64,000 bases of DNA from Phoronis australis (lineage: Eukaryota > Animalia > Phoronida). The stretch is from assembly GCA_002633005.1 (NCBI GenBank), contig NMRA01000656.1, forward strand, positions 161,031-225,030, written 5' to 3'. Positions 1 through 12,584 of the stretch are shown here, one piece after another. Each line of letters opens with the position of its first letter. Within the stretch, counting starts at the first letter, position 1. Below the pieces are notes generated by a model. The model was not told the DNA's origin, did no database searches, and worked only from the letters and a program-made list of their open reading frames with translations. The translations under genes were made by a program, and so were the position numbers.

Positions 1-1970
1 GAAAAACTAATCATTTTCCTTAAGGTCAGAGTTCATACCAGATTTTAGAAAAAGGCAATGCTGGTCGTCCCAAATTCAAGAATCATCAGAAAGAAGAATT
101 TTGCAGCCATTTTCAATGATTTTATTTCAGACTTTTTTTGATACAGATTGTAGAGACCAATACTTGAGAAATAAGATGAACGTCAAAATTACCCACGTCA
201 CAATCTTCAGAATAAAGAAAATTCACTTTTTACTTGAATTTCAATGTCCCAAATTATAGAGATTCTCTCAATGAGTGCAGCATTGTGCTTGCTCATTGGA
301 AGTGAATGCAGGATCAAGATGGCGGCCATGGATAGTCAATATATGACAGGGAAACAGTAATTGATATGGAAAACGTGTTTCCAAGACAACCAGAGAACTT
401 TATTTTAAGTAAGTGTGACCAATAAAGGTTAAAGGTCATGTCTGCTTTAAGGAAATCCTAAGGAATATGATTTGAATGTACACTTTGAGCTCGCAGTTTT
501 AAGAATGTCACTAAATGGTAACTTTCCACTTATTTCATACAAAATAAATTGAACAATATTTTTCGCTGCATGCTACATGATTTTCAGACCATATTAATAT
601 AATTAAAAGGAGTGTATTACTAGGACTAATAAGAGGGCTTTTTGTTGACATTTTCTGAAAAGAAAAACTGACCATGTGCGACCTAGATGAGGCAAGAAAC
701 TCCCATCAAATAGTTTCATGTGAAACAAGTGACAGACAACATATCATTTTTCACAATTAGTTTTGATCTATGAACTAAGGTGAGTCTGCTTAATAAGTGG
801 AGACAGATCATAACACCAGCCCCTTTATAGACAAAAAGCAAACATCTGAGTGTTTTGACTTCCGTTTCTGCTGTAACTTGATGATTTCACAGTTTCCGTG
901 GCACGCACCGTTAAAAAAGATGTCAGACTATAATCACATGCCCACTTCACACACACACCAATTTGTAGGTCAATCAAATAAACTCTATCAGTCTGACTTG
1001 AAATGTCCACATTATTTCAACATGCTTGCAGATATTGCACAGCAACAGCATAGTTCTGTTGCAGGGATTTCCTTAGCGGATTCTTGGACAATTGAAAGTG
1101 CAGAGGAGAGAAAATTTGAACAAATATTCTTCAAATATTTGGCAAGTCTTCCATTTCACTCCTCATTCTGACTGGAAATCTGTGACCATAAAACTGTTTT
1201 GATACAAGAGGTTGTTTGAAAATACTGGCCACAGGAAAACACTAGTAGATAAGCAACTCTAATTTAACAAGCAAGGTGCCATATTGCCTCAGCTGGAAGA
1301 CATTGGCATTCCCCAACATAAAACAGCTGACAGCGGATGACCTCTGACACCCTGAGGCTGGCGAACTTTGACCCAAAGTGTCAAGAACAGAGAGAAGAAG
1401 GGAAGTCTGCTGTGAGAGAAGAATCATTACACTTCTCCAAAGCCACAGAATGAAATTGTAAGCATCAGTATAGCAATTCTTCATGAATTTCACACAAAAA
1501 GTCTTCTAGTTATTAAAGGCTGGTCGGTTTGCTTTGAGTACTTTGAAGGATATGCGTTGCTTTAAAACAGCTGTACAATATGAACTACCAACACCACATA
1601 GAATTTATAGAAACTTGACAAAAATAATTCCACTTGGTTGCCAGATTATGAGCTAAAAAGGTAGGTGAAGAGTTGCCACAATATTCAGGAAATGCCACAC
1701 CAGATATGAGAACACAAACACATACGTGGCACACTCCGCTAAAAGATCTGCAGTTTATCACTCAAAACTGAGACCTCAATCATGGATGTGGCAGACACCT
1801 TCTCATACTTCTGTAGCTATCTAGTGACACCTGTATACAGTCAAGACTTCATATTCTGCCAAAACTAAATTTTATCAAATTACTGTTTATCCATGTTTAC
1901 AGAGTCAAAGTTGTCATCCAACGTGTTTGATAAAAAACCTAAACATTTGCAGAACCTTTTAATCACTGAA

Positions 1971-2455
1971 GACATTTTCTTACTGACTTAACTCCGGTCT
2001 GGGTGGAACGTCGACGTAAACTGCGAAGTTAACTAAACCGTTCATACTGGGTTAGGTAGTTAACAGCCTTCGAAGTAAACGGTAGGTGGCGCTGTTGTCA
2101 TTGAAGTAATTGCAAGGTAGTGCTGCACACTAAGATTTTTTAATAAGACAATTTGGGAACATTTACATGTACTAATTGACATAAAACTTGTTTTTTAATT
2201 CGATAGGTGATTACTAGAGAAAAATATAAGCAACTATCAGCGACGGCACTACCCTGTAATTATTGACAATGGCAGTGGCACCTTGCAAAAACTTCGAAGG
2301 GACCGAAGTTGACCGTTCATACTGCACTCTTAAATCCACCTGTTTACTGCGAAGTTAACTGGTGTTGTTAACTTTGATCCAGGACCGAAGCTAAGCGTTC
2401 ATACTGACTGCAACTCCCCAAAACATCCACGAATGGATGTTAATATGAAAGGCCC
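1971..2455 (+). mobile_element. Non-autonomous DNA transposon (MITE family A, PIF/Harbinger-like), diverged copy
   Basis: Colinear by eye with 23595-24094 (e.g. TACTGACTTAACTCCGGTCTG, TCTTAAATCCACCT, GATCCAGGACCG). The right end GTTAATATGAAAGGCCC matches the family TIR; the left TIR is degenerate. Contains repeated internal CGTTCATACTG motifs. Confidence 0.8.
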
Positions 2456-4480
2456 TTGAGTTTCAGTAGCTGCTTTTGTACCTAACTGAAAAATCTTCCA
2501 GTTAACCAACCAACCAACAATACCTACAGTAGTTATCTCAAAAATTGCATCGGAATTTTGAGTAAAAAATTTGGAATTTTCATAGCAGTTGACACTTAGC
2601 ATTCAGGTACACCAGTAAATCACAACGCCAAGCAAAAATACAGAGAAATTTATGCGACTGACACTGGCATTAACTTTAGCATCATTAGGATGTTTTCACA
2701 CGCAGTAGAGCATCTAGTAATCCATAGCCTCGCTGATGAATTGGTTGTATCAGAATGTGTTATCCTCATCCAAATAACAGACTAGGCAGAGATGGGCAAT
2801 TAAACTAAAACAGGAAGTATTAAAGACGAAGGTTCGCTACCAGCCAATTAAAATTCCAAGCGCGTTTTTTATAGGAACCGCCGCCTGTAGACAGGCTGGT
2901 TACCTCCGAGTACCTATTCAATTAAGTGCATTCTTTAAGTAACCTAAGGTGTGTTTGTTTCCAAATTTCAGTGCACCACTATCGAGATGGTTCGGAGTAT
3001 TGCATGGCTCTTGGTCTAAAGACTGGGCAGATTTTTTTCTCAGCAACAGCCAGTTATATTAAGGCCATTAATTGTTTCCTGAGGTGGATATCTGTAATTC
3101 AAGGGCTGTAAAACCGCAATCAGTGAGGGAGGAAACATATAAACATTCACTTTAACAAATGGATGTGTGTAAACGAAACTGTGTCAACAAAAAGAGCTGA
3201 TTCACAGATTATCTGAGCAAAACAGAGCAAGTTTTTTAGCATGTACGCAAAGGTCCAAGCAGTTATTATTCATAATAGATGTTCCATTATGATAAAGCTT
3301 CTTCAATATCAAACACAACTTGGCAAGAAAGTGGATTTTTAGTCAGATTTCTCAACTCAAGTGCCATTTATACACTGAAGTGAAATTTACAACATTGTCA
3401 CTGTGGATTTCACTATAGGCCCATAGTTATGAATCATACAATAGCATTTTGACCATTTGTAGCATGAAACTGGAAAAATGTAATCAAAGAATCACTGGCC
3501 AAGCTAGAAGTCCAATCAATAAATTGTTGGAGACCAACTTGTAAGAAACATGCAAGAAAACGGGGGTCAAACGCAAAATTCAAATGAGTTTTGACAGGGA
3601 GATGACTTTTTGCAACGAACAGGGAGCGGGTATGGACCTGTCGCACCCCTTGCATGGTTACACTAATGGAAACTAAGGTACCATAAATTTCAACATGGAC
3701 TGCATGTAATAATTCTGACTGTAGAGAGGATGTGTCTGTTGTTGACCCACTACAAGTCAGAGTCTGAGACTCTTGACAGGATTTATTACCTGGATTGTTG
3801 GAAGAATGAGATAAGACTAGAGGTGTTAGTGTGTGCGCATGTATCCTGTGCAAGGGCAGCACACATGAAATATATCTCTGAGATATGCAGATAGTATGAG
3901 CACCTCGGGTGTTTGTGTGAGGTCAAGGAAGATCCTAACTGGTTCCTAGTTAAGAGCTTAAGCTCAGAAATTGGTTTCCACCCCTTGGACACCATCTCCA
4001 CAACAACTGGCGACAAAACAGGACCAACATCTCAATGACTCGCATAACAAGAACCCCTAAGCGTACCTGTTTGCTCCACGAGACATTTTCTCACCTATAA
4101 AAGGAAGATAGACTCACATGGAAATAGATGTAATCTAACACTCTGCCCCTTGAAATCTGTGTAGTAACCATGGCCAAAGTATCTATCCTACATGCTTCAA
4201 GTGGACACCAATGATGTTTTGTTTTTTATCAAGCAAGTAGATAGGGTGGAGAGAGAAGTAAAGATAACTTGGGTGTAGCAGTCACTGCCCCTCTTACAGT
4301 GTTAAAAACATAGAGGTCGTGTAAAAAGGGAAAGGTTACCGACGCAACGTAAACAAAACCTCGCCCAATGGGAGGATGCTATTGCAGTTGACAGGGTACG
4401 TAGAACGTGCTATCAGCTTTATATCCTCGTGAATGACGTGAATGACGTGAATGACGGTAATGAGATAACACAGCTATGGT

Positions 4481-5071
4481 GAGCAAACAAGGCTGGGATC
4501 TGTTGACAATACGACGCTTTGAACAGGAGTCATTCGGTCTGATTATGGGGACAAAAGGGTCTAATTATGAAACATTGATTACCTGTGTAAATGAGGGTGT
4601 GAGGTGTACAGGGGTGTGGGCCATGTTGTATTGATTTGGGGTCACTAAACGACTAACTTTGACATATCGATTGGGTGCGACTTCAAAGTGGGTGGATGCG
4701 TACAACAAGAGATGTGAAGCCTTATGGAATGCGAGAAATGGCGGGCTAATCTGGGGAAAATAAAGGAAAAACCTGACCATACTCATTGTGTAGCTGGTGA
4801 NGAGCAAACAAGGCTGGGATCTGTTGGCAATACGACACTTTGAACAGGAGTCATTCGGTCTGATTATGGGGACAAAAGGGTCTAATTATGAAACATTGAT
4901 TACCTGTGTAAATGAGGGTGTGAGGTGTACAGGGGTGTGGGCCATGTTGTATTGATTTGTGGGTGGATGCGTACAACAAGAGATGTGAAGCCTTACGGAA
5001 TGCGGGAAATGGCGGGCTAATTTGGGGAAAATAAAGGAAAAACCTGACCATACTCATTGTGCAGCTGATGA
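4481..5071. repeat. Head-to-tail duplication of ~320 bp joined by a single N; probable haplotype/assembly artefact
   Basis: 4481-4800 and 4802-5071 are near-identical (both begin GAGCAAACAAGGCTGGGATCTGTTG). Copy 2 lacks ~50 bp. The only isolated N (4801) sits exactly at the junction. Confidence 0.85.
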
Positions 5072-7303
5072 TTTCTAGGTCATTGTTTTTTCAAGCAGTA
5101 GCTGCCTCAACTCAGATGGCAAAATGAAAGGGAGCAATTAAGCACAAAAATAACAGCCAAATTACAAGCTTTTGTTTTTAAAGCATTCTACCATTGGTAT
5201 GAATGCCCACAATTTTTCAGAATATTTTCTGATGGTAGCAATGATGGAGAAGTTGAACATGGTAAAGCATTGATCTGATGAAACATATCTTTTACGCTTT
5301 ACCAATTTTAAAGTTTTTATTCCATTCCTTGGTATCAGAGAAGGTTTTCAGTAAATATGGGCATTCACAACACAGTTAAAAGCCCATGAAAAATGAAATA
5401 CGTTCAATTTTGGAAATCATTTTTGTCCAAAATTGGTCATATTTCACCATATTTATCATTAAGTATAGAAAACTACATTTTTAATAAATGATGTTAATGT
5501 ATAATTTTCATGAATCATATTCCACCAATCATGTGCTGAACTGGGCATTAGTTGTCAAATTACAAACGGCTTCTAGTTTCTCAGTGCAACTGATGAGATG
5601 ATTTTACAGAAAACAAACATGTTGACACAGAACATAATCCATTCCTGAGACAGACATTACAAACACCCATGACTTTATTTTCTTGGAACTGGCAAAGAAG
5701 AAATACTTAAATAGCCTCACTTAAGGTACAAGGTAACCACCATGAGAGGTCAGTTAGGAAACACCTGTCAATGTTCTGGGTACAATTACTCAAGATTACA
5801 CAGGCCCTTGTGTTGTTTTGACCTCTGTTGTGTAAACAAACAAATGGAGATCCCTCTTAATGTCTTAACATGTGGGCATTAACAATGAAGCATCCTTTAG
5901 GTACAGTTTTCGCAGAAAACTTGTAGCATGTGAAGAGAGAGTTTATGATTGGAATTAACTTTAAAATCATACACGCAAGCCAATTTGTAAAATTGTCTAA
6001 CAAGAAGGTAAAGTCTTGACTACACAGAAGTCGGCGAAAACTGCCTTTACACTAAACATTTTTCAGTTTAGGATACAATTTAGAGACGAAACGTGAAATT
6101 ATAAAATCTTTATACATCTTCATCAACAGGATCTGTATGGTACAGCTGTCGCGGACCATTTGGTAAAATTGTCAGAAACTGTTACACAGCAGAGAGTGAG
6201 AATATTTGAAAAATAATTTCAGCAATTGTTTTAGCCAAAATTACAAAAACGTTTACATATGTAAGTTTCATTTTAATTATCAATGATAATAACCCATTCA
6301 GGTTTTCTAGTTACAAGTATATACCTAATACACTCCCTTCAAAACTATCAGTACACAACACTTATCCACAACTGGTACTTAGGCATTTGACAAGCTAACA
6401 AAACACAATGAAGGCTATAAATTTCTTAATAACCCACCCATGAAATGAGCATTGGATGGATGACTGGGTTCCCATTCACAGTTTATGATCAACTGAACAG
6501 TAAATGAGATATCAATGACATGGTGTAGAATTACAAGAGTGTTCAAACAATGAGGTGATGGACTGCAGCAGTGTCCAGTTTGCTCAACCTAGAAATGTTA
6601 AATTCTTGAGATAGGCCATGTTTCGCAGCAAGTATGCATTGCAAGTCGATTCAATGAATCTAGATTGCACGTGCTTTGTGACCATGTGAATCTGAAAAGA
6701 CGTCATGTGTAGTGCTTTTGAGGTAAAACAACTCGCAACATTTCATTTTGTTTGCAGCATTTTTGACAGAATGGAAGAAAGACATCAAGTCCAGTGAGGT
6801 GCACCCTATCAGGGGACAACCCAGTGAGAACTGCACTATGCCCGCTGAGAAGTACAAGGGCTTGCCCTGCACAAAAAGGCCATGCATTGGCGAAACACGG
6901 ATTACCCCTCAAATCAAGGATTACGTACAGGATTACCTCAAGGGACAAATATACAAAGTGTTTGAGATTGCTCCACCACTGTAAAGAAGCGATTGAGCAA
7001 GAAGACAGGTCCCCCTGACCTCTGTGCTTCAAGAGAAGCCACTCCAAATTGTCCCACTAAAACAAACTACCAAGTAGCTTTGTGTATTGGAGAAGGTGGA
7101 TGAATGTGTATTGATGCCATATCCTGGACAAAGGTTTCACAATTAGAATTAAATAAAACAATTTTTCATATGAAACAGTTGTTTTCAATTCATTAGACTA
7201 CTCAACAACAATCCACATTACTTGCCATGCAACACCATCTTAAAAAACCATTGGTCTATGCTTTGGGAATGGACCCTTTGTTTTGTTTGTTTAATATAAT
7301 GGT

Positions 7304-7678
7304 AGTTCACTTCGGTCCTCTGATTGAAGTCAACAAGGTCAATTTAACAGTGGAGCGTCACAGCTGCAGTGCAGTATGAATAGTCAACTTCCATCCCGTC
7401 GAAGTTATCACCAGGGGCCACTGTTATCGTCAACAATAAAAGGGCAGTGTTGTCGCTAATAGTTGCTTATATTTTGCTCGAATAATTACCAATCAAATTA
7501 AAAATAAAAGTTTTTTATCAATTAGCACATGTAAATGTTCCCAAATTGTCACACCAGCGTCACCTACCGTTTATTTCAATTTCCATTAACTACTAAAGCC
7601 GGTATGAACGGTTCAATTAAATTCGCAGTTTACCTCAACGCTCTGCTCAGACTGGAGTTAAGTCGGTATAAAAGGACC
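7304..7678 (-). mobile_element. MITE family A, partial inverted copy
   Basis: Reverse complement matches 23595 onward (CAGACTGGAGTTAAGTCGGTATAAAAGGACC vs GGCCCTTTCATATTGACTTAACTCCGGTCTG) plus internal segments. Confidence 0.75.
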
Positions 7679-9184
7679 TTACTAGAAGGTAATTCTATTT
7701 CACGGTTTGTACATTTTTCCATACAGTAGCCAAAAGACAACCTTTGAAAGAGGAAACTAACAATTTTGGCAACAACACTTAGTTCAACTTTAGGACAAGC
7801 TAAGGGGCAAAATAACCCTGATTTTGCTGATTTTCGCATGCAGCTTGTGAGCTACTAGATAAAAATACTTGTAACAATTTGTTTTAGGTTTGTACTTGTG
7901 AAAAATTTTCATTTCTAGGTTATGCTTCAAGTTTTCTAGGTTATGCTTCAAGCTTTAAAAGTTAAACGCAAAAATAAACTTAGGAGATTAAAGTTAAGTT
8001 CTGGCCTTGTTTGAACCGGAAACTGAGGAATATGTAAAATTTTAAGGTTATTCCCCTCCAAAACACAGTAAATACATCAATAAACCTGTGGAATGCACAT
8101 GAACCCCTGAGGTTCAACAACATTCAAGAATAATATAGAATGTAATTATTCAAATTTTGCACCATTCAACCACTCCTGCAAGAGCCTTTATCACCTGGTA
8201 TCACAATTGTTACACCTGTAGGTCTATACATTGGTGACAGGGAGTCTCGAAATATTAGATTGAGGCGACAAGGAATCACAGCCATGTTGACAACACACAT
8301 ATGCATTTTTGCATGACCTTCAGGCAAAAGTCACTCACAGGGGTCTCCAGATTTCGAGAACCAGTTTGGTGTCTGTTATTCAATGGGGAAAACTGGTTCT
8401 CAAAATGCAGGACCCCTGAAAGTGACCGTTATCGTTTTCGCTTTCCATGAGCTTTGCGCTAAAGTTTTCCAGGATACAAGTTTCATTATCCATGAATTTA
8501 GCAGTGTAAAATGCATTTTCCAAGTCTTATTTTTATAAAAGGACACATACAGTGATTTTTATTGATAAATATTGCAAAACATTACTAAATGGATGGATTT
8601 GTGACAGCGATGGCAAATGAGATATGGGAGGTTATTTATCTGACAGAAAGAATGCACGGGAAATGTTCAATTTATTTCTGGATTGTCCGTGACAAAAGGA
8701 AATCACAATGGTATGTAAAATGCCATTACAGTACTTTCCTACTGATCTCAAAACTGTTTTGGAATGTTTTCATGAGCGGGATGCAAAATAAGATCAAAAT
8801 AGTCAGTCCACAACTTGTTATCAAGCATAAATTAGTTAAATCTTGAATTTCAAATTCAACTCTGCAGTATCCAAATATCAATGCAATAGCAAACCTAGGT
8901 ACAGTACTTAGTTCCAATTTGAGTTATCAGTAAGTTACAGGTCATTGACACACAGTCTAACAAAATGGTGACGAAACTTAGCCACTGCACTACCTGACAA
9001 TAATTCCAGCGAAAACTTCACCACCAGGTGATAACTTTACTCTGATGTCCTTGTATAATTAAAAACTACTTCCAGTTGTTGAAATAAGTGTTCAGTTAAC
9101 AGAGTTCATCAAGTTCACTTTCAGCTTATGTACTAGGAAACCATATGACTGAATTTATCATTTGAATGAAATTTCATTATTTAA

Positions 9185-9520
9185 TGGGATATTGTCACAC
9201 TGAAAAGTGATTTTCTGGGATCATCCTCAGCACAAAATCGAACCTGCGGCCCCTGCAGTTGCAGCCTAAACACTCTGTTGGCGTTGCTAAATCCCACTGG
9301 ATAAATGTAAAAGTATTTCAATTAAGCGCATTAAACTGGTAGAGTCACTGTCCTTGATTTCAACAAATGTCTGGCAGACAACGGCGAGAAATGGTGGTTC
9401 GTAAAAAACACAAAACAAGTGAAAGATTTTGTTCTATAACTCAGCTCATAGCTAATAACTTCAAGAACTGTATACCCTCCAACACAGGTGTTTTTCAGCC
9501 ATAAAACCATTAATGTCCCT
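9185..9520. mobile_element. TTAA-flanked MITE (family B, Kolobok-like ends), copy 1, containing a tRNA-like cassette
   Basis: TTAA at 9181-9184 and 9521-9524; ends TGGGATATT...AATGTCCCT. Shares CTGCAGTTGCAGCC, AATGTCTGGCAGACAAC and AGATTTT(T)GTTC blocks with 18735-19054. Confidence 0.7.
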
Positions 9521-9754
9521 TTAAGATGTTACATGACATTGTGCTGCAAATTCAGGGTCTTGGTCAATATTATATTTATCTATGTGAAAATTATTCAAAT
9601 TAATGCTGTATTGTCCTATGATGATGATAGAATCATCAAAATTTATTTTATCTATAAAAACGAAAGTCAACAGTCTAACTCCAACTCACTCAGTAAATAG
9701 ATGTTAAGACGAAATCATAGCTGACACTCATGACAAGATAATAAATAACGAATA

Positions 9755-10035
9755 TGGAAAAGTTCTCCAATTTGAGACAGTGAAAAATTACTTATTTTGC
9801 TCAATGTCAGAGTTTATCCCAACTTCTATAAATAGGCAATATTGACCCTCAAATTTAATAATCATAGGAAAAGTTGCCAAAATTACCCACTCTGTAGATT
9901 GAAACCACATGGTCAGAAATGTTGTGAATGCCAAAATCACCCTTGTCCCAAATTCCTGAATCTCGAAAATTCAATTTTTACAGGAGTTCCATGTCTCAAA
10001 TTCTAGGGACTGTCTGAAGTGGAGAATTTTTACTG
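9755..10035. mobile_element. TA-flanked MITE (family C, Tc1/mariner-pogo-like ends), diverged copy
   Basis: Ends TA|TGGAAAAGTTCTCCAATTTGAGACAG ... GGAGAATTTTTACTG|TA; homologous to 25002-25374. Confidence 0.65.
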
Positions 10036-10110
10036 TAAGTTTTTCTATATATTACAGTTAAGCAAGTGATGACTTAGAGTACACGGATCATTTGCATAGG
10101 TAATCAGTGG

Positions 10111-10212
10111 TTATCTGAGATTGTATGTCCTCCGCTTGAACTTGCCTTTGAGTCTCGGCCTGGTAGACTTGCTGACATTTTTATTGTGTTGGTTATCGAC
10201 ACAGGAATCACA
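10111..10212 (-). CDS. Possible downstream exon (CDSCVDNQHNKNVSKSTRPRLKGKFKRRTYNLR*) of the 45144 gene; tentative
   Basis: Acceptor-like CCCATCTGTCTACAG|TGT at 10213/10212; open in phase 0, matching the phase-0 donor at 41974. A GC-type donor (AAAG|GCAAGT) is also possible near 10146. No homology support. Confidence 0.2.
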   Translation of the reverse strand, partial: CDSCVDNQHNKNVSKSTRPRLKGKFKRRTYNLR

Positions 10213-10702
10213 CTGTAGACAGATGGGCACACTTCAATTGACACAGGGGTAAATCAGTGAAAAAGGGAACAAAAATCAGCACGCAAGGTGTACAGTAAGA
10301 CACGAAGAGCCACTTTCTGATGCAGCAGTTGTGTCTCGCCATTTACAGATTACACTTGGACAGTGATTTTAAAGCAGTGGAATTTCATCCTGTTTTTTAT
10401 ATTCATTCTCATCTCCACGCCGTCATAACACTATTGTTATACAATGAAATGTTCAAATAATTTACCAAAAAATCTCTAATGTCGATAAATGTCTGGATAT
10501 GAAAGAAATTATTATTTATCTACAACTCTTCTTGTCTTGACTACCAGAATTTGAAACTGAATCAAACAGAGATGACTTTTGTGCGCCTATAATGCTTAAG
10601 AGGTGTACATCGGATGTTTCCTGTTGCGGAAAAGTTGAGATCAATAAAGGTGAACTCTAAGTTGAAAAATTCTCAAATGTCAAGATAAATTAAGAGTCCT
10701 CA

Positions 10703-11128
10703 TTGGTCAGTTGCATGAAACAGTTCCAAATTAGGACTCAACTAAGTTCCCTAATTTTTTTGCACATTTGTCTCGTTCTTTACTCACAGATGTAATATTT
10801 TTCTATCATTTTATCTTTATTATGAGCTCCTCTTTCACTAATGACAGTTTTTAATAAATAACTAAAAACTAAGCCTTTAATTCAATAAAAATAACTAGGG
10901 ACATAGACCATAGAGGCGTTGCATGAAAAGATCGCAACTTATTTTCACTAATATTTACAATTCGATGTAGAGTTCACTCTCGATTTGTATCGAAGCCAAA
11001 ATTATCTCAGTGATGATAGTCAAACAGCATAAAAAAGGAAAATCAATGTTTTCACAAGCACGCAAATATGCTGTAGATTTAGGGAACTTAGATGAGTCCT
11101 TATTTGACTGTTTCATGCAACCAGGCAG
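10703..11128. mobile_element. MITE with ~20-bp imperfect TIRs, superfamily unassigned
   Basis: GTTGCATGAAACAGT (10710-10724) is the exact reverse complement of ACTGTTTCATGCAAC (11107-11121). An internal third copy of GTTGCATGAAA lies near 10918. Confidence 0.6.
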
Positions 11129-11199
11129 ATGAATCAAAAGAGGTCCATCTGGTGATGCGCTTACATCATGACGGTCTTCAAATCCACCTACCTAGTTTT

Positions 11200-11308
11200 C
11201 AGGGGCAGATCCAGGATTGTTTTTGGGGGGGGGGCAGGGAAGAGTATTAGCCAGGATTTTGCCCTTCAGACATTCTTACCCCGAACTGCCAATTGGAATC
11301 TGGGAGAA
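11200..11308 (+). mobile_element. Truncated copy of the short CAGGGGCGGATCC MITE (family D)
   Basis: CAGGGGCAGATCCAGGATT...AGTATTAGCCAGG...CAGACATTC...CCCGAACTGCCAA...AATCTGGGAGAA is colinear with 47055-47165. Confidence 0.7.
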
Positions 11309-11819
11309 CCATAAGTCAGCGGAAAGAGTTAATATTCACTAAGGGGTCCTCTTTGTTATTTGAATACATCGAGAACAGAACACTATTGACAAGGGTAGAT
11401 GTTCCTGGGCTAAGGATCCCATGCGACTGCACTTACAAGCAGGTGGACCAATTTACTCACTGGCACAAACTGTCGAATTTTGAGTACCTTCTGATAAGCC
11501 AGTAGGTATGAACTAAAGAAGTCACACATCGTTTAACCTAATCAACTATGGTAGAGTTTCTGAAATTTAGAACATACTATGCCAGAAAACAGAAATTATT
11601 CCATGAAAAATTCCAGCATGAAGAAAATTTTACTTCATTATTTGTAGTTCAGAATATACAACTATTATTGACAAACACAAAATGGAGTGTACTTTTGGCA
11701 ACAAAACCAGCTTGTGAAAATGGGAAAAATGATAATTTAGGTAATTATTTTTGCTGAAAATTTGAGCAAACTTGACAGTACTGTCCAAAATACTACCTAA
11801 CAAAATCAACCAACATTTC

Positions 11820-12150
11820 GATCTGCATAAATGCCGCCCAATAAACATCAGTATTTATTTGCATTACATATACCAAAACAGAGAAAATCACTACTCAATA
11901 AACAGTAAGAATTTGTATTGCATGAACTCTGCCCCTTGATCAGACAGTATTTACTACCCAATAAACAGCCAGTATTTCTAATATTTGCATAAACACTAAC
12001 TAGCCAATAAACAGCCAGTATCTATACTATTTGCATAAACACTACCTAATCAACCATTAGCACTTATAATATTTCCATAAACATTATCCACTGAACAGCA
12101 AGTACTTCTATTATTTTAAAAATACTGTCCAATTAACAGTCAGTATTCTA
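11820..12150. repeat. Degenerate minisatellite (~35-45-bp unit, core CAATAAACAGCCAGTA...TTTGCATAAACAC)
   Basis: Recurring CAATAAACA(G/T)/CAGTAT/TTGCAT motifs at roughly regular spacing. Confidence 0.65.
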
Positions 12151-12584
12151 ATCATTAATTGAAGCACAGAACAGGAAGATAAAAGAACTTAATTAAACCA
12201 ATTTTAAAAGTTAAACTCGACTACAAAATGTAAACTAGCAACCCAACAAATCCACACCGGTCTGTTCTAAGCTGCATTGACGCTTCCATATTTTTAGTTC
12301 CTTATATAAATTGCCCCTGTTGGCACTCCATGGGGGGCGTAATTATCAAATACCACCGAAGTTCTCTTGAGAAGGCACCGAGCAAAAACCAACTTGAGGT
12401 GTGTTCAAAGTCTTAAGTTCAATAGTGACACCTGGTAATTAAATGGCCTCAACCAATCAACGGATAACGTCAGGTGATCAAAAACAGACTGTGCTAAAAA
12501 ACTAACTCTGTTCCACACCTGCTTCATATCTGTTTTTCCTCACAAAAAGAATGGAAAACTGTTAGAGCAACATGTAAAGCTTAA

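Noticed and set aside
797-3862. ORFs 797-1171, 1242-1493 and 3434-3862
   Set aside because: No recognisable domains, no coding-like composition and no convincing paired splice sites.
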